The notes beneath the pieces were generated by a model that did not search any database, was not told the DNA's origin, and saw only the letters and a list, made by a program, of their open reading frames with translations. A program made the translations under genes and the position numbers. Of a DNA stretch of 64,000 bases, positions 1-14,250 are shown in pieces. Source of the DNA: Octopus vulgaris (lineage: Eukaryota); the NCBI GenBank assembly GCA_951406725.2, contig OX597825.1:56792001-56856000 (forward strand), written 5' to 3'. Numbering within the stretch: position 1 is the stretch's first letter; each line of letters starts with the position of its first letter.

Positions 1-107
1 ATGTAATATTTGCATCGTTCAATCAAATGGAGTCGCATGAAACGATCATACTGCATTATCTCTGGATATCCTTGTTGCTTATTTTGATTATATATGTATA
101 TATATAT

Positions 108-241
108 ATCACAATCAAGGAACGGCCATAATAGGCCATTCACCCACTAGAAATAACAGCCAAAAGCTTTAACAGCCAAAAGCTTTTGGCTGTTATTTCT
201 AGTGGGTGAATGGCCTATTATGGCCGTTCCTTGATTGTGAT
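108..241. repeat. Near-perfect inverted repeat (about 62-bp arms) in a short element between (TA)n tracts
   Basis: 108-169 atcacaatcaaggaacggcc...cagccaaaagctt is the reverse complement of 180-241; the centre repeats taacagccaaaagctt. Confidence 0.9.
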
Positions 242-347
242 GTTGAACTTAAAAATGGTTTATGACTATTTAATTTTTTCCCACTAGGCCGCTGGTGGCA
301 AAAGAATTCTACAAAATTTTTTTTTTTGCCACCCTATATTGATTAAT

Positions 348-379
<32 letters not shown>

Positions 380-409
380 AGCGTGTTTGTTTATACATGT
401 ATGTATGTT

Positions 410-447
<38 letters not shown>

Positions 448-450
448 CAC

Positions 451-674
451 AAATTAAAGGAAGATGAAAGCAAAACCACGGCAAGACAAGCTTATCAGAT
501 CATTTAAATTATTCTAATTAATATAAAGGTGAAATGAAATAAGCAAAAATATAAGTAAATAATGATGTGCTTTTACTTTTCCTTATTTCAATTCCCTATT
601 ATAATAATTAGAATAATTTAAATGATCTGACAAGCCTGCCCTGCCTTGGTTTTGTTTTCCGCTTCCTTTAATTT
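451..674. repeat. Imperfect inverted repeat (about 100-bp arms) in a (TA)n-flanked element running to about 820
   Basis: aaattaaaggaag...tcagatcatttaaattattctaatta pairs with taattagaataatttaaatgatctga...cttcctttaattt. Confidence 0.85.
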
Positions 675-820
675 ATACCTGCTGACTCGGAAGTAGGTTA
701 TGGATCCCCAGTTCCAGCCCCTGTTGTGAACTATGCCCTTAGCGGCTTACAATTAGAGCACTCACGCAGCGTGCCTATTAGTTTAGATCATCAGTGGCCT
801 AAACCCTTCCTATTCTATAC

Positions 821-872
<52 letters not shown>

Positions 873-943
873 ATGTATGTATGTACATATGTATATATGT
901 GTATATATATATTTATATGTATGTATGTATGTATGTATATATG

Positions 944-974
<31 letters not shown>

Positions 975-977
975 GTG

Positions 978-1014
<37 letters not shown>

Positions 1015-2811
1015 TCATATATACATTTACATTTACAAGTTTAAGGCATGTGTGCATATTTATGCCCATATGTATATATATGCATACTTATAAAAATATT
1101 CGTATGTAAGGCATGATGGATATATGGATGGAGAGACGGATGAATGAATGGAAGGATAGATAGATATATTATAATTTGAGTGACATTTACCTGCTATTTG
1201 TAGGAAGTCAATCTACAATGATCAGATACTTCATTGTTTCACAGATTTTGTCACATTGTCGTAATTGTTAGTTTGTTAGATTAGCCCTAGGCAGGATGTG
1301 GTATCAATACTATTGTAAAAATTTGTCACTCCAAAGTTAATTAACCACCACCGCCAACCAGTAAAAGATAATGTATGTTAGTCTGATTTTTCACACAAAG
1401 TTTATAAATATAAGGACAAATGAGAAGTCGGAACGTTTTCAAGGACAACATTACCAATGAAGAAAGGAAATTAATTCTGAATTATAAAACTGAGGCTGTT
1501 AGCGATTTCTATTTATTACTTGTGTATCTAACACAACAGTTATAGTCGTGATGTTTACAAATTTCATGTTTTCAAATGAATATAAAATATCAAATTACAT
1601 TCACCAGCTGAAGTTTATTCAATTGCTTGTAGGCATATAGCTTGTTGTTGATGACAAGATTTATATTGGTTTTTTTTCTGTTTTACTAGTATATTGTTAA
1701 TGCAATGTTATGATTAGGTATAATGCGGAAGTTGGTATAACAAAGATGAAGTGTAACATGTTGCAAAGATCACAACTTTTTAGTTTCTCTTCCACAAATG
1801 AAACAGCACCAAAAAAAAGAAGAAATCTATCGAATAAAACTAAATGTTAGTCAATAACGGATATACAAACAAGTTAGTAGATTAAACTCTATAACAAACA
1901 CGTAATAGCAAATAGAACAAGCATAATACGAAGCAAAAACAAACAACTATACATAAAGTGTATTATGTGAACCAAATGCACGCTGACTAGAATAGTTGAA
2001 TACGTCATTTAAAAAGAAAAAAGACGAAAAACGCTTATCAAACAACATAACGTTAATAACGTATTAGAAAACCATAAAAATTAAAATCTCCTCATCAGGT
2101 TTGTAAGCCATTGATTAAACGCAAAATAAACGCAAAATAAACGCAAACTTTAATCCACAGATAACACACTCACCTAACAAAGACAAGTTGCCAAAGCTGG
2201 AATAGTTCCTAATATGAACCAACGAGAAAGCCTCTACATATTTGGTCGAAATACTAGAAATAACAGCGAAGTCTTCCTGAAATTGTACTAATAGAAGAAC
2301 ACGTAACAAGGTATTGTCCAGGATGCATTTTGTTTGAAAGAAAATACACGATAGTTTTCATTTTGATTATTGGTTTACGGTATCAGAATTGAACCGAAAC
2401 TTAATATCTTATGATATAAAAATGAAACCTGCGATTAACAATCAACATTTCAAAATCGATTATAACAACTTCATCATTAAGACAAACATTATGATTCGCA
2501 CCATTTTATCTACATTAGAAAAATGATAACAATAATAACGTTTAATAACCATGCCATCTGGAAGATAAAACCAGAGCTGACAGATTTAGGAACGATAATG
2601 TTCTAAGGAAAATAGAAAGAATTAATAAGGAAACACGAAACATTCTTAGTAAAGCTTAAAAGCAGATATTCATAAGCTGTTCTAAATTTCTTCTAATGTG
2701 TGAGTGTGTGTGTGTGTGTTTGTATGTGTGTGTGTGTGTTTGCGTGCGTGTGTGTGTGAGTGAATGTGTGTGTGTAGTATAATGCATTATACGGCATATA
2801 TTATTATTTTG

Positions 2812-2849
<38 letters not shown>

Positions 2850-2889
2850 CTTGTAAAAGAGTAATACACACAGAGACAGAAGTGCTTTG

Positions 2890-3848
2890 GGTAAATTGTC
2901 GCCATTTTATATTTTTAATTTCGCGCATTAGCATTATTTGTTTTTGATTTTGTCGACTACACAGTATTGTGGGGTTAGTTGGACACCGTCTTACAAAAAC
3001 AGCACCATGATGCAATTCATTCTGACTGAAATTTGGAAACGACATGTTGTACTGCTTGGCATTCACGCCGGAAGCTCCGATACGAACATGTACCAATACG
3101 AACATGCACCGAGAGTGATAAAAATCAAACATCCAGTCAACATCATGACGTTTGGAGTGATCAATAGTGATGGCGACGTCATGCCTTCATTCATCTTCCC
3201 ACACGGCCTCAGACTCAACACAGAAGCAGCCTACATCAAGTGCTTGGAGGAGGTAGTGCTGCCCTGGGTGAAGAGGGTGGCTGCTGGAAGACCCTATGAT
3301 TGGCAATAGCACTCTGTACCATGCCACAGAAGCAGGAGAACCCAGTCATGGCTATCAGATAATTTCTACAACCACATCACCCCTAACATCTGGCCACCTA
3401 ACTCCCCAGACTGCAACTGCCTTTATTATGTGCAGGGCGCAGTTGAGTGAGATACCAACAAAATTCCTTGTAACACAAAAGATAACCTGAAGGCAAGGAT
3501 TATAGCAGCATTCACCAACTTAAGATGAACCAAATGCACGCTGACTAGAATAGTTGAATACGTCATTTAAAAAGAAAAAAAGAAGAAAATCGCTTATCGA
3601 ACAACATAACGTTAATAGCGTATTAGAAAGCCATAAAAATTAAAATCTCCTCATCAGGTTTGCAGGAGATTCCGAAGCCTTCTGGGGCCCTTGTTTGACG
3701 CCAATGGCGATTTTATTGAATTAATTTACTCTTTAGTATTTCAAGATATTTTTACGTAATTTTGGTAAATATATCTGTTAATATGAGATGTCAGTGTTAT
3801 TTTTATTTTTGCGTAATTTAGACGACAGTTTTTTTTCACCGCATCCTA
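2890..3848 (+). mobile_element. Internally deleted Tc1/mariner transposon, DD37D (maT-type), pseudogenised
   Basis: Translation KHPVNIMTFGVINSDGDVMPSFIFPHGLRLNT...LEEVVLPW...WQ*HSVPCH...IWPPNSPDCN matches the catalytic domain; decayed TIRs (aaattgtcgcc / gacgacagttt); stops and frameshifts. Confidence 0.85.
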
Positions 3849-3854
3849 TCCTGT

Positions 3855-3871
3855 ATAGATAGATAGATAGG

Positions 3872-3956
<85 letters not shown>

Positions 3957-3957
3957 T
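3855..3957. repeat. (GATA)n microsatellite; others near 34.6, 45.0, 45.6, 58.5 and 60.1 kb
   Basis: Seen directly. Confidence 0.95.
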
Positions 3958-4759
3958 TTAATTTGTTCGTACAAGCAAACGTGTATTTCATAATCGTAAT
4001 AATAATCAACATCGTTTTAACATCCACTTTTCTATACTTACAGGATTCGAACAAAGTTTATTGATGCAGACTTTCTGTTATTAACCCCCATTTGTTTTCA
4101 AACAAGGTAATATTTCTACATGGTCAGATATATTTTCGCAGAATATAGAAAATGAACGGCAGGAACAGTACTTTTGCTGATTTGCATCAAACTTGGTTAA
4201 GCTATTTGCAATTCGGTCTTGCAAGTCGTTCTTGTCGGGTTGTCAAGGACAGGTTTGCTGTGTTCGTACCTGACAACGCGAAAAATACAGAAAGGCATGG
4301 GTGTTTTATTTTGTTTTGTTTTTTTTTTTGTTTTTTTGCTTTTTGGTTTTTTTACAAATGTTTTGGAGAAGAATTTTCTTCCTAGACTATTTCTGCAGTG
4401 AAAGGACTTCTCGCGTTCAAGTGTACGCGAACGATTCAGATATTTCTTTATACCAGCATATTCTGTTCAATGCTGCTTACTGCAGCTTTATTTTATTGTC
4501 GCTTGATCAAGCTTTATGCATCTCATTAGACATACGAATCGCTTTTCTGGAGTTGTGAAGGTCATGTTTGGTGTTCGGAGCTGACGGCATAAAAGAACAC
4601 AAGAACACATGCATTCTGCGATCCATTGGCAACATTCTCAGCCTAATATGTTTCTCGAGACAATATCAGCAGCGATATACCTACTTAGGTCTGAGTGTAC
4701 TCAAACATGTAAAGTATGACTTCATACGAATGTGTTCGTGTGGATGTGTGCGTGTGTTT

Positions 4760-4822
<63 letters not shown>

Positions 4823-5963
4823 GGATCCGCCGGCGTTCTTGACAATCAGCTTTCAGTTGTACGATCAACATATATATGTATGTGCATTTATGTTACTATA
4901 CATATGTATGATGCATACATACATACGTACATGTATACATACATATATACATACATACATATATAGATACGTAGATAGTTACATATATACATATATTCAG
5001 AGACAGAAAGAGATATACATATATACACATACATACATACATACATACATACATACATACATACATACATACATGCATACATACATACATACATACATAC
5101 ATACATACATACATACATACATACATACATACATACATACATAGACACATATATACATTTATGCATACATTCATTGACTTCGTATACTATGCTTGCCAAA
5201 TGTTCTTTCGTAGCAAGATTTAAAAACAAAAACGGAAACAAATAAACCAACAAACAACACGAAGGAAAACTATAATCAAATATAGCAAAACATCTTTCTT
5301 GTATCAATTCTTGTATACGTGTTCGGTTATATGTAACGTATTCCAATATCTCTATGTTATATATTGGAGGGAAAATCTAAAGTGTTAATCTTAACTATTG
5401 ACTCATATTTTTGAAATCATTGATATATGATTTTTGAACTTTGTAAATAAACAAGGTTGTGTCTTTAATAAGGTGGCAGCACATATATTTAATCTTGGCA
5501 TTGGTTGTTTGTTGTGTTGCTGTAGTAGAGATGTTAGTGGTGGTAGAGACGGCGGCGGCGGCAGAGGTTGTGGAGATAATGATGGTTGTGGTGGTGTTGG
5601 TGGTTGTGGTGGTGGTGGTGGTGGGGTGGGGGTGGATGCTGAAACACGAGTAAGAGAGAGAGAGGGGGCAGAGAGAAAATGGTGGGGTCAGCACGTGGAT
5701 GGAGGGAGGGATAGAATGAAGAACGAAGGAAAAGGCGAACTGTGATAGAAAGTGGTAAGAGCGAGAGATAGAGAGTGTGAGGCAGAGTGGGTAAAGCAGA
5801 GGGAGAAAGGGAGAGGAACAAAGTGAATAAGACTCTCAAAGTGAGAAAGAGAGAGAGACACTGAGGGAAAGAATTAAATATTATTTACATATATATATGT
5901 GTGCGTGTGTGTACATAAATATATATATATATACATACATACGTACGTGAGTGCACGTATATT

Positions 5964-6040
<77 letters not shown>

Positions 6041-6349
6041 CATATATATATATATATTACACACACGCACACACACACATATATGTATATATATTACGTG
6101 TATTACGTATCTGCGTATGCGTGTAAAATGTATGTATGTATGCATGCATGGATGTATATGTGTATGGATTGACTCCATTTTATTATCTCCCTTCTTTTAG
6201 TTTCTAGTTCTCTCCATGATCTCCTTCCCTGTCTTCTCTCCATGGAATTCTTCTCTCTCTCTCCCTCTCTATTTCTCTCCCTTTCTCTCTCTCTCTTTCT
6301 CTCACACTCACTTGCTTGCTCGCTCATTTTCTTCTCTTGCTCGCACACG

Positions 6350-6387
<38 letters not shown>

Positions 6388-6427
6388 GACACACATATAT
6401 ATTTGTATGTACCTGTCTGTATTTACG

Positions 6428-6496
<69 letters not shown>

Positions 6497-6656
6497 GTGT
6501 ATATATATGTATATATATATATATGTATATATATATATGTATATACATATATGTATATATAAATATATATATGTTTATATATGTGTATTTATGTATGTAT
6601 AAGTGTATATGCATATGCATGTGTATATATACATACATATATATATATACATAAAC

Positions 6657-6723
<67 letters not shown>

Positions 6724-7300
6724 TATATGATAGGTAATTTTAAAGAGAGAAAGATAGGAAAAGAAGAAAACCAAGCTGGACATTATTATTGGCTATGAGA
6801 TAATGAAGATGGATGAGGCTGTTTGTTTACAACCGAGACTAAAGATAGATACACCACAACCACACTGAATAAAAATGTTTCAGAGTTTACTAATTCTAAA
6901 TAACTCTACGCCTATTACATATGTATTATATACTCTGTGTGTATTTATATATGTATATATACTGTATATATGCATCAATACGTGCTTATATATAAATATG
7001 ATTTATATATATAAATATATATATATATATGTGTGTGTGTGTCTATGTATACATGTATATATATAATTGTATATAATATGTGTGTGTGTACGCATATATG
7101 TATTTATATACATACGAATATGCATTGCATATATATAGCATATAGAATATATGTTTATAAATGTATACGCAAATGCATAGTCATGCAGAAAGTCACTAAG
7201 GTTCAATCATGTTCTGATGGTTGTTGTAGAAACACACATACGCGCTCGCGCCCGCGCATATGTGCGTGTGTATGTATATATGTATGTGTATGTATGTATG

Positions 7301-7448
<148 letters not shown>

Positions 7449-7611
7449 ATTTCAGAATGGTCATTTTGCCAGTTTAGCCAATAAATATATATATATATGT
7501 ATTGTTTATATGTGTGAGTATAACATATATATATAAAACACATAAGGAATCTACACGTTAGGCCACTGGAAATGAAAATTTTAATTATCTTCCATTTCCC
7601 TTTGATATGAG

Positions 7612-7672
<61 letters not shown>

Positions 7673-7770
7673 GCAATAAAAAAAACAGAGAAAAAAGACG
7701 AGAAACAACAACGCGAGAACGTAGTACAAAGTATTAATGAGACGCTCAGAGAAGGAAAGAAAGAGTGGTT

Positions 7771-7805
7771 GCTTTATGTTTCGTGCAAAACTCTTCTTCG
7801 GAAAC
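7771..7805 (-). ncRNA. Decayed minimal type I hammerhead ribozyme in a short element (about 7676-7872)
   Basis: Minus strand gttt CCGAAGA agagt tttg cac GAAA ca UA aagc; stems II and III damaged. Confidence 0.5.
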
Positions 7806-8772
7806 AAGAGACATAGGAAAGGCCAAAAGAAAAGAGAGAAGGAGGGAAAAATTGCCAACAGTCCAAATGTAGTAATATATATATCTACATATGTAAATAT
7901 ATGCATATTATATAAATATACATATACAAATATACATTCGTAAGTATATGTATACATATATATGTATGTACATATACATATATAACATGCATATTTGTGT
8001 ATGTGTGTACATGCATGTATATGTATATATAGGTATATTCGTATACATGCATATACACGTACATACGTGCAAACATATATTTCCATATAAATGTATCTGT
8101 ATGAATATGCATGTGTAAATGTGTGTGTGCGTGAGCATTAATGTACATAAGTGTGAATATATATACGCACAAGTATGAATATTTATATATGTAATATAGA
8201 TATGTATATGTATGTGTATGTTTTCATTCATGTATCTATCTATTTATCTGTATGTAAGTGCAAGTATGTATGGATGTATATTTGTATATATTTGATTTCA
8301 TTGTTCACAACAAAATGGTTGATGAGGCTCTGTTAGATTGAAATAACATTTTTTTGATTATCCGGCCCCAAACAGCGCGGTCTATGTGGGGGGGTTTAAC
8401 GCCAAAATTACTATAATGTAAGTCCAAATGTATATATTCTTGTTGAGAATTATCACACTGTTATTTATATATTGTGATTTATCTCGTGTGTCTATCGTAC
8501 AATTATTGACAAACGTATACATCAGAGTGAATTAACATTCGGTCCTATTCTGATGAAATCAAAATGCCCGAGATTTGGCTGCACCAAATATCTAATCTTT
8601 TGCGGGCCAAGCTCATGCAAAATCTCCAGGGATTTGAACCCAGACTTTGTTCTCGTGCAAGTTGTTCTATGTATGTGTATGTGCGTGAACGTGTAAATAA
8701 ATGTATATGTGTGAATGTATGTATATGAATATATATATATTCAAATATATATATATATTTATATATACATAT

Positions 8773-8831
<59 letters not shown>

Positions 8832-8858
8832 TCTATGTATATATGTATGTGAGTGTGG

Positions 8859-8898
<40 letters not shown>

Positions 8899-8978
8899 CC
8901 GCAAAAAAGAAAAGACGAAGACAGGTGGTGTAGACAACAAACAGATGTATTAGTCTAACGCTCGGGAAATGAAAGAGT

Positions 8979-9014
8979 CTTTAATGTTTCGAGCCTACGC
9001 TCTTCCACAGAAAG
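8979..9014 (-). ncRNA. Minimal type I hammerhead-like motif, CUGUGGA core (element about 8897-9050)
   Basis: Minus strand cttt CTGTGGA a gagc gtag gctc GAAA ca UU aaag; stem I cttt/aaag, stem II gagc/gctc. Confidence 0.55.
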
Positions 9015-9715
9015 GAACACAGAAAGAAACGAGGAGAGAAAATATTGTGTATGTACATATATATATATATATATATATATACAAAGCAGTGGGAATGAAT
9101 TTGAGTGACCATTAACCAAATAAATAATCATAATTTGCCTTAAGATATGGATGAATTGAATTTAACTCTATTCTCCCCATTATTATAAACACTAAGTAGC
9201 TATTTAATTCGCTGTCTGAGCGTATGAGCGAGTGTACATGCGCTATACAACCTAAGCGAGGGTATTTATACATGCATATCTGTTAACGGTTATATTTAAT
9301 GCTTTTTTCGCTTTACTGTGTATTCGTTTCTTTATGCATCTGTTATTATGGATCTTCTATAAAAATGACGCTGTATCCCTTAACTTACTGCTTTTCTATA
9401 TACAAACCGAGAAGATCTTTTGTGGAACAATCGTTATTTTAACGAGATATATCTTGTAATCACCTGAAGAGACACATCTATACCGACAGATACTTCTAAA
9501 CCAGTTGTTAAGTATCTAAGCCGTGGGGGATCGATGCTAGCTGGGTCAAAACAATAAAGATACTCATATCTTTCATCTTCCGTCTCTCTAATTAATTAAA
9601 TGTATGTATATATATATATATATGGGGGTAGAGTTCACGAAAAAGCAAAAGACGAAGACAGGTGGTGTAGAAAACAAACAGATGTATTAGTATAACGCTC
9701 AGGAATTGAAAAAGT

Positions 9716-9751
9716 CTTTTACGTTTCGAGCCTATGCTCTTCTACAGAAAA
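9716..9751 (-). ncRNA. Minimal type I hammerhead-like motif, CUGUAGA core (element about 9625-9820)
   Basis: Minus strand tttt CTGTAGA a gagc atag gctc GAAAC GUA aaag; palindromic ACGT stem III. Confidence 0.6.
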
Positions 9752-9913
9752 GGACACAGAAAAAAGCAAGGAGAGAAACAAGGAGAGAAAAACAATGTGT
9801 AGTGGCTACCGATCTACCATATATATATATTTACGTGTGTGTGTATGTACACACACACACACACATGCATTTATATGCATACATTCATATAATGTATGTA
9901 TATGTGAATGAAT

Positions 9914-10290
9914 AGGCGTGGCTGTGTGGTAAGAAGCTTACTTCCCAACAACATGGTCCGGGGTCATTCGTATTACGTGGCATCTTGGGAAAATGCCTTT
10001 TACTATAGCCTCGGGCCGCCCAAAGCTTTTTGAGTGGATTTGGTAGACTGAAACTGAAAGAAGCTCACCATATATATGTGTGAGCGTGTGGTGTGTGTTT
10101 TTGTGCTTGTCCCACACCATCGCTTGACAACTGATGTTGGTGTATTTACGTCCCCGTAAAGCAGCGGTTCGGCAAAAGGGATCGATAGAATAAGCTCCAG
10201 GCTTAAAGAATTAACTACTGGAGTTAATTCATTCGTGCAAAATTCTTCATGGTGGTGTCCCACTATGGCCGCAGTCTAATGACCAAAACC
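9914..10290 (+). mobile_element. tRNA-derived SINE, family A (internal TA/TG microsatellite)
   Basis: Head gtggctgtgtggtaag, body gagtggatttggtagac, tail atggccgcagtctaatgac; at least 7 copies in the window. Confidence 0.85.
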
Positions 10291-10693
10291 CCACTTACGC
10301 CCACTCTTGTAGCATCACCAATGCTATCACTACCAACATTACAACTCCACATGGTTCTAAATCTAAAACTTAAGGTTTCAGCCCTTACAATCGTAACTTC
10401 ATTAACTTAATACTCTATGTTATATGTCATCCAGTTGTTTTTGATGCATTGTTTATATTCACGCTAACTTCTACCGATGTCCATCATAGAACCAGCAGCG
10501 TCAGTAAAGGACTAAATTCCTTCTAAACCGCCTTCTCAAATATTGATGCTCACACACACATACGCATCCAATTCATATGTCACATTCACAGACATACACG
10601 CATATGCAAATACATACACATATGCACATGCTACTGGGCTCTCCAATTCACACACGCACATACATTACTAAGCCCTCCAGTTCGCACACCACA

Positions 10694-10728
<35 letters not shown>

Positions 10729-10886
10729 CGATGCTGCCTAACCGTTCCTGTTGTACATGATCGAAAATTACACCCTCCACCCACCTTCATTCTCATCGAC
10801 TTAGAAACAACTTTTAACCAACTTATCAGCTTCCGGGTTCCATCACCACTAATACTACTTCCGGATATATTTCAGCAACATACAGA

Positions 10887-10943
<57 letters not shown>

Positions 10944-11194
10944 CTCTCTATTTCATTCTCTCGCTTTCTTGTTCAATTACTGTGGTATATTACTTCCAAA
11001 GCAAACCCACACCACTATCATCCGTACTTCGCCATTTACACTGAGATGGCTTAAATTGCTCCAAATAGCGATACATTGAATTTCAATGTGAAAACGCCTT
11101 TCCATAGCCTTCTATTACTATTTCCGAATTTATTTCAGAACGAAGAGAAAAAACATTCTAATATAGAGTTATCTAACTCATTTGCTCCTCGTGT

Positions 11195-11243
<49 letters not shown>

Positions 11244-11319
11244 CAATTTTATATATATATCCATAATAAATTTTGTATGTATATTATGCATACGTCTGCC
11301 GTTCACCTTGTCAGTTCTA

Positions 11320-11481
11320 ATCGTAAAAGAGGCAGACCACCCACTTCTTGGCTGAAAGACATCGCAGCCACAGGATTGTCTTTATTCTCAGCTGTCCATG
11401 GGGTAGAGGACAGGAGGTGGCAATACATCGTGATGACCACAGCATCGCATAGTGCGACACTTGACTAGGATGATGATGATT

Positions 11482-11482
<1 letters not shown>
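11320..11482 (+). mobile_element. 3' end of an RTE-like LINE with (GAT)n tail
   Basis: RKRGRPPTSWLKDI...VEDRRW resembles the RTE ORF C-terminus, followed by gatgatgatgat. Confidence 0.65.
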
Positions 11483-11559
<77 letters not shown>

Positions 11560-12214
11560 GTGTGATATATATACATATATATATATGTATGTATGAATGC
11601 ATGTATGTATGTATGTATAATATACATATAAAATTTATTATGTGGTAATGCGTCAACAAGTAGAAAAACACTCGATCAACTAAGAGAGTAAAGATAATCT
11701 TAAATTTAAAAACCACAAATCTTTGAAATAGCTACACAGGATTTCCTGATCGAAATAATAATTTATTCCGCCATTTATCAAGCTGAAAGCGAGACCGTTT
11801 AAACAAGGGACGCTTGTTAAAAAGAGGACAAAGAGAAAATGCGCAAGGGACATAACCAACGTTACAATAATTCGATGTCAAGCAGACGTAAACCAGATGT
11901 CAATGGTTTACTGAGTGTCCAGTGGTCTGCTTTTAAATTCTGACAAGATGTATTTTTTGAAATGTGGACATAAAGGAAAAAAATTCGTTCCTCCAATTTA
12001 TGTATTCTCAAGTGTTTGAGAATACATAAATTGTATGGAAGTTAGAAAACATGTCTGGCATTACATCACATTTTTATAAATTTTTACTAACATTTGATAA
12101 GATGAGATACATTGAAACCTATATTTTCTTTATATAATTTTTTATTAAATTCCTCTTTTATATATAAAAATTTGATTTGTATAGATCTCTATTTTTTTCA
12201 ACTATACACACACA

Positions 12215-12263
<49 letters not shown>

Positions 12264-12298
12264 TTTTTTCAACTATATATATATATATATATAGAGAG

Positions 12299-12338
<40 letters not shown>

Positions 12339-12399
12339 GTTAACATTAACAATACTCAGAAACAGGCTCAAATTGCTCAAATTGAGCTAAGTCCCAATT

Positions 12400-12998
12400 T
12401 ATAATTTTGATGTAGGCAATACAAACGGAAAACTAGAGGAACATGACCAATTATCCAATAGAATATTCAATATATATGTGCGTCTCCGAAACGGCCCGTC
12501 GATGAAACTTTTGGATCCAATGAACATTATCTTCGTATATTAGTATGTCCTTTTAATGTTTTATGATTTCAAACTTTCCACTGGACTCCGTGCTGTAACT
12601 TGTAAATTTTTATTCCCTTGTATCTTATCGTGTGAATTAATAATTCATTATGCCTTATTTCATATTGATATTTTCTAGTTTGCCTGCGTATTTATATATA
12701 TCTATGAGTATCTTTAAATATTTTTACATACCTATCAGCTTTTATCTTATATGATATCGACGTTTTTATATCTATTTATGTATTTTTATAAGTATTTAAA
12801 ATGCCTGCGTATTTTTAAATATTTGCGTGTTTTTAAATATTAAATAATTATATGTTTATATGCTTGTATGTTTTTAATACTAATATTATTGCGAACTTTA
12901 TATTTATTGATTTATTAATGTCGAAGAAAGTACACACATATATATTGAATATTCAATTGGTCATGTTCCTCTAGTTTTCCGTTCGCATTGCCTCCATT

Positions 12999-13006
<8 letters not shown>
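12400..13006. mobile_element. Non-coding element with about 80-bp inverted ends and the 3' half of a hammerhead
   Basis: 12400-12483 is the reverse complement of 12931-13006; cGAAAcggcccGTC follows at about 12487. Confidence 0.65.
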
Positions 13007-13053
<47 letters not shown>

Positions 13054-13067
13054 GAAGCGATGCCTAC

Positions 13068-13112
13068 CACACGTTGATAATAGGCAACACACCTTGAAAC
13101 TAGGTCCGTGTG
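13068..13112 (+). ncRNA. Decayed type I hammerhead ribozyme
   Basis: cacacg TTGATAA taggc aacac acctt GAAAC tag GUC cgtgtg; perfect 6-bp stem I, core differs from CUGAUGA at two positions. Confidence 0.55.
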
Positions 13113-13340
13113 TGGTATCGGCTTCTTGGTGGGTGATCTCCCTTTGCAAGATAAAGGACGTCGTGATGGCGTCAGGCCTATCTGGTGACGTTGATGTTCG
13201 CCTGGGGCTAAATGCAACAGTGACACCCCCACCACCCTGCCTGTCCCTAGCCATATTCGGTTGGCTAATATCCCTTATATTACGGAGCAGTCACTGTCTA
13301 TAACTCATTTAGAGAATTATTATTGCTATATATATATATA

Positions 13341-13555
13341 TTTACTCTTTTACTTGTTTCAGTCATTTGACTGTGGCCATGCTGGAGCACCACCTTTAGT
13401 CGAGCAAGTCGACCCCAGGACTTATTCTTTGTAAGCCAAGTACTATTCTATCGGTGTTTTTTTGCCAAACCGCTAAGTTACGGAGACATAAACACACCAC
13501 CATCGGTTGTCGAGCGATGTTGGGGGGACAAACACAAACACATAAACACACACAC

Positions 13556-13640
<85 letters not shown>

Positions 13641-13791
13641 TACGACGAGCTTCTTTCTACCAAATCTACTCACAAGGCTTTCCGTCGGCCCGAAGCTATA
13701 GTAGAAGACACTTGCCCAAGGTGTCACGCAGTGGAACTGAACCCGGAACCATGTGGTTGGTAAGCAACTTACCACACAGCCACTCCTACGC
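13341..13791 (-). mobile_element. SINE family A, full length; partial plus-strand copy at 13816-14085
   Basis: Reverse complement of family A head, body and tail. Confidence 0.85.
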
Positions 13792-14174
13792 ATATATTAT
13801 ATTATTTCGCACCTAAGGCAAGTGTCTTTCACTATAACCTCGAGTCGACCAAAGCCTTGTGATTGAATTTGGTAGATGGAAACTGGAAGAACCCCGTCAT
13901 ATATGTGTGTCCGTGGGTGGGCGGGGGCTCTGCTTCTGTGTCTCTTTTTGTCTGCGTTTGTCCCTCTCCCAACCGCTAGAAAACTGATGTTGGCGTGTTT
14001 TCGTCACCGTAACTTAGCGGTTCGGCAAAATAGATCTATGTACCAGGCTTCAAAAAATAAGTTGTGAGATCGATTCGATCGACTAAGACGAAAAAACGGA
14101 GAATGTTACACAAATACAAATAACAGGACATAACAACAGGTGTCTTTCGACTAAGGACGAATTAAATTACACAC

Positions 14175-14250
<76 letters not shown>

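Noticed and set aside
5395-5839. Gly-, Thr- or His-rich ORFs
   Set aside because: Produced by (GGT)n and GA-rich low-complexity sequence
8545-8670. Minus-strand [16 protein letters not shown] as a possible pre-TM4 exon
   Set aside because: No DR motif, no hydrophobic TM4, no good acceptor
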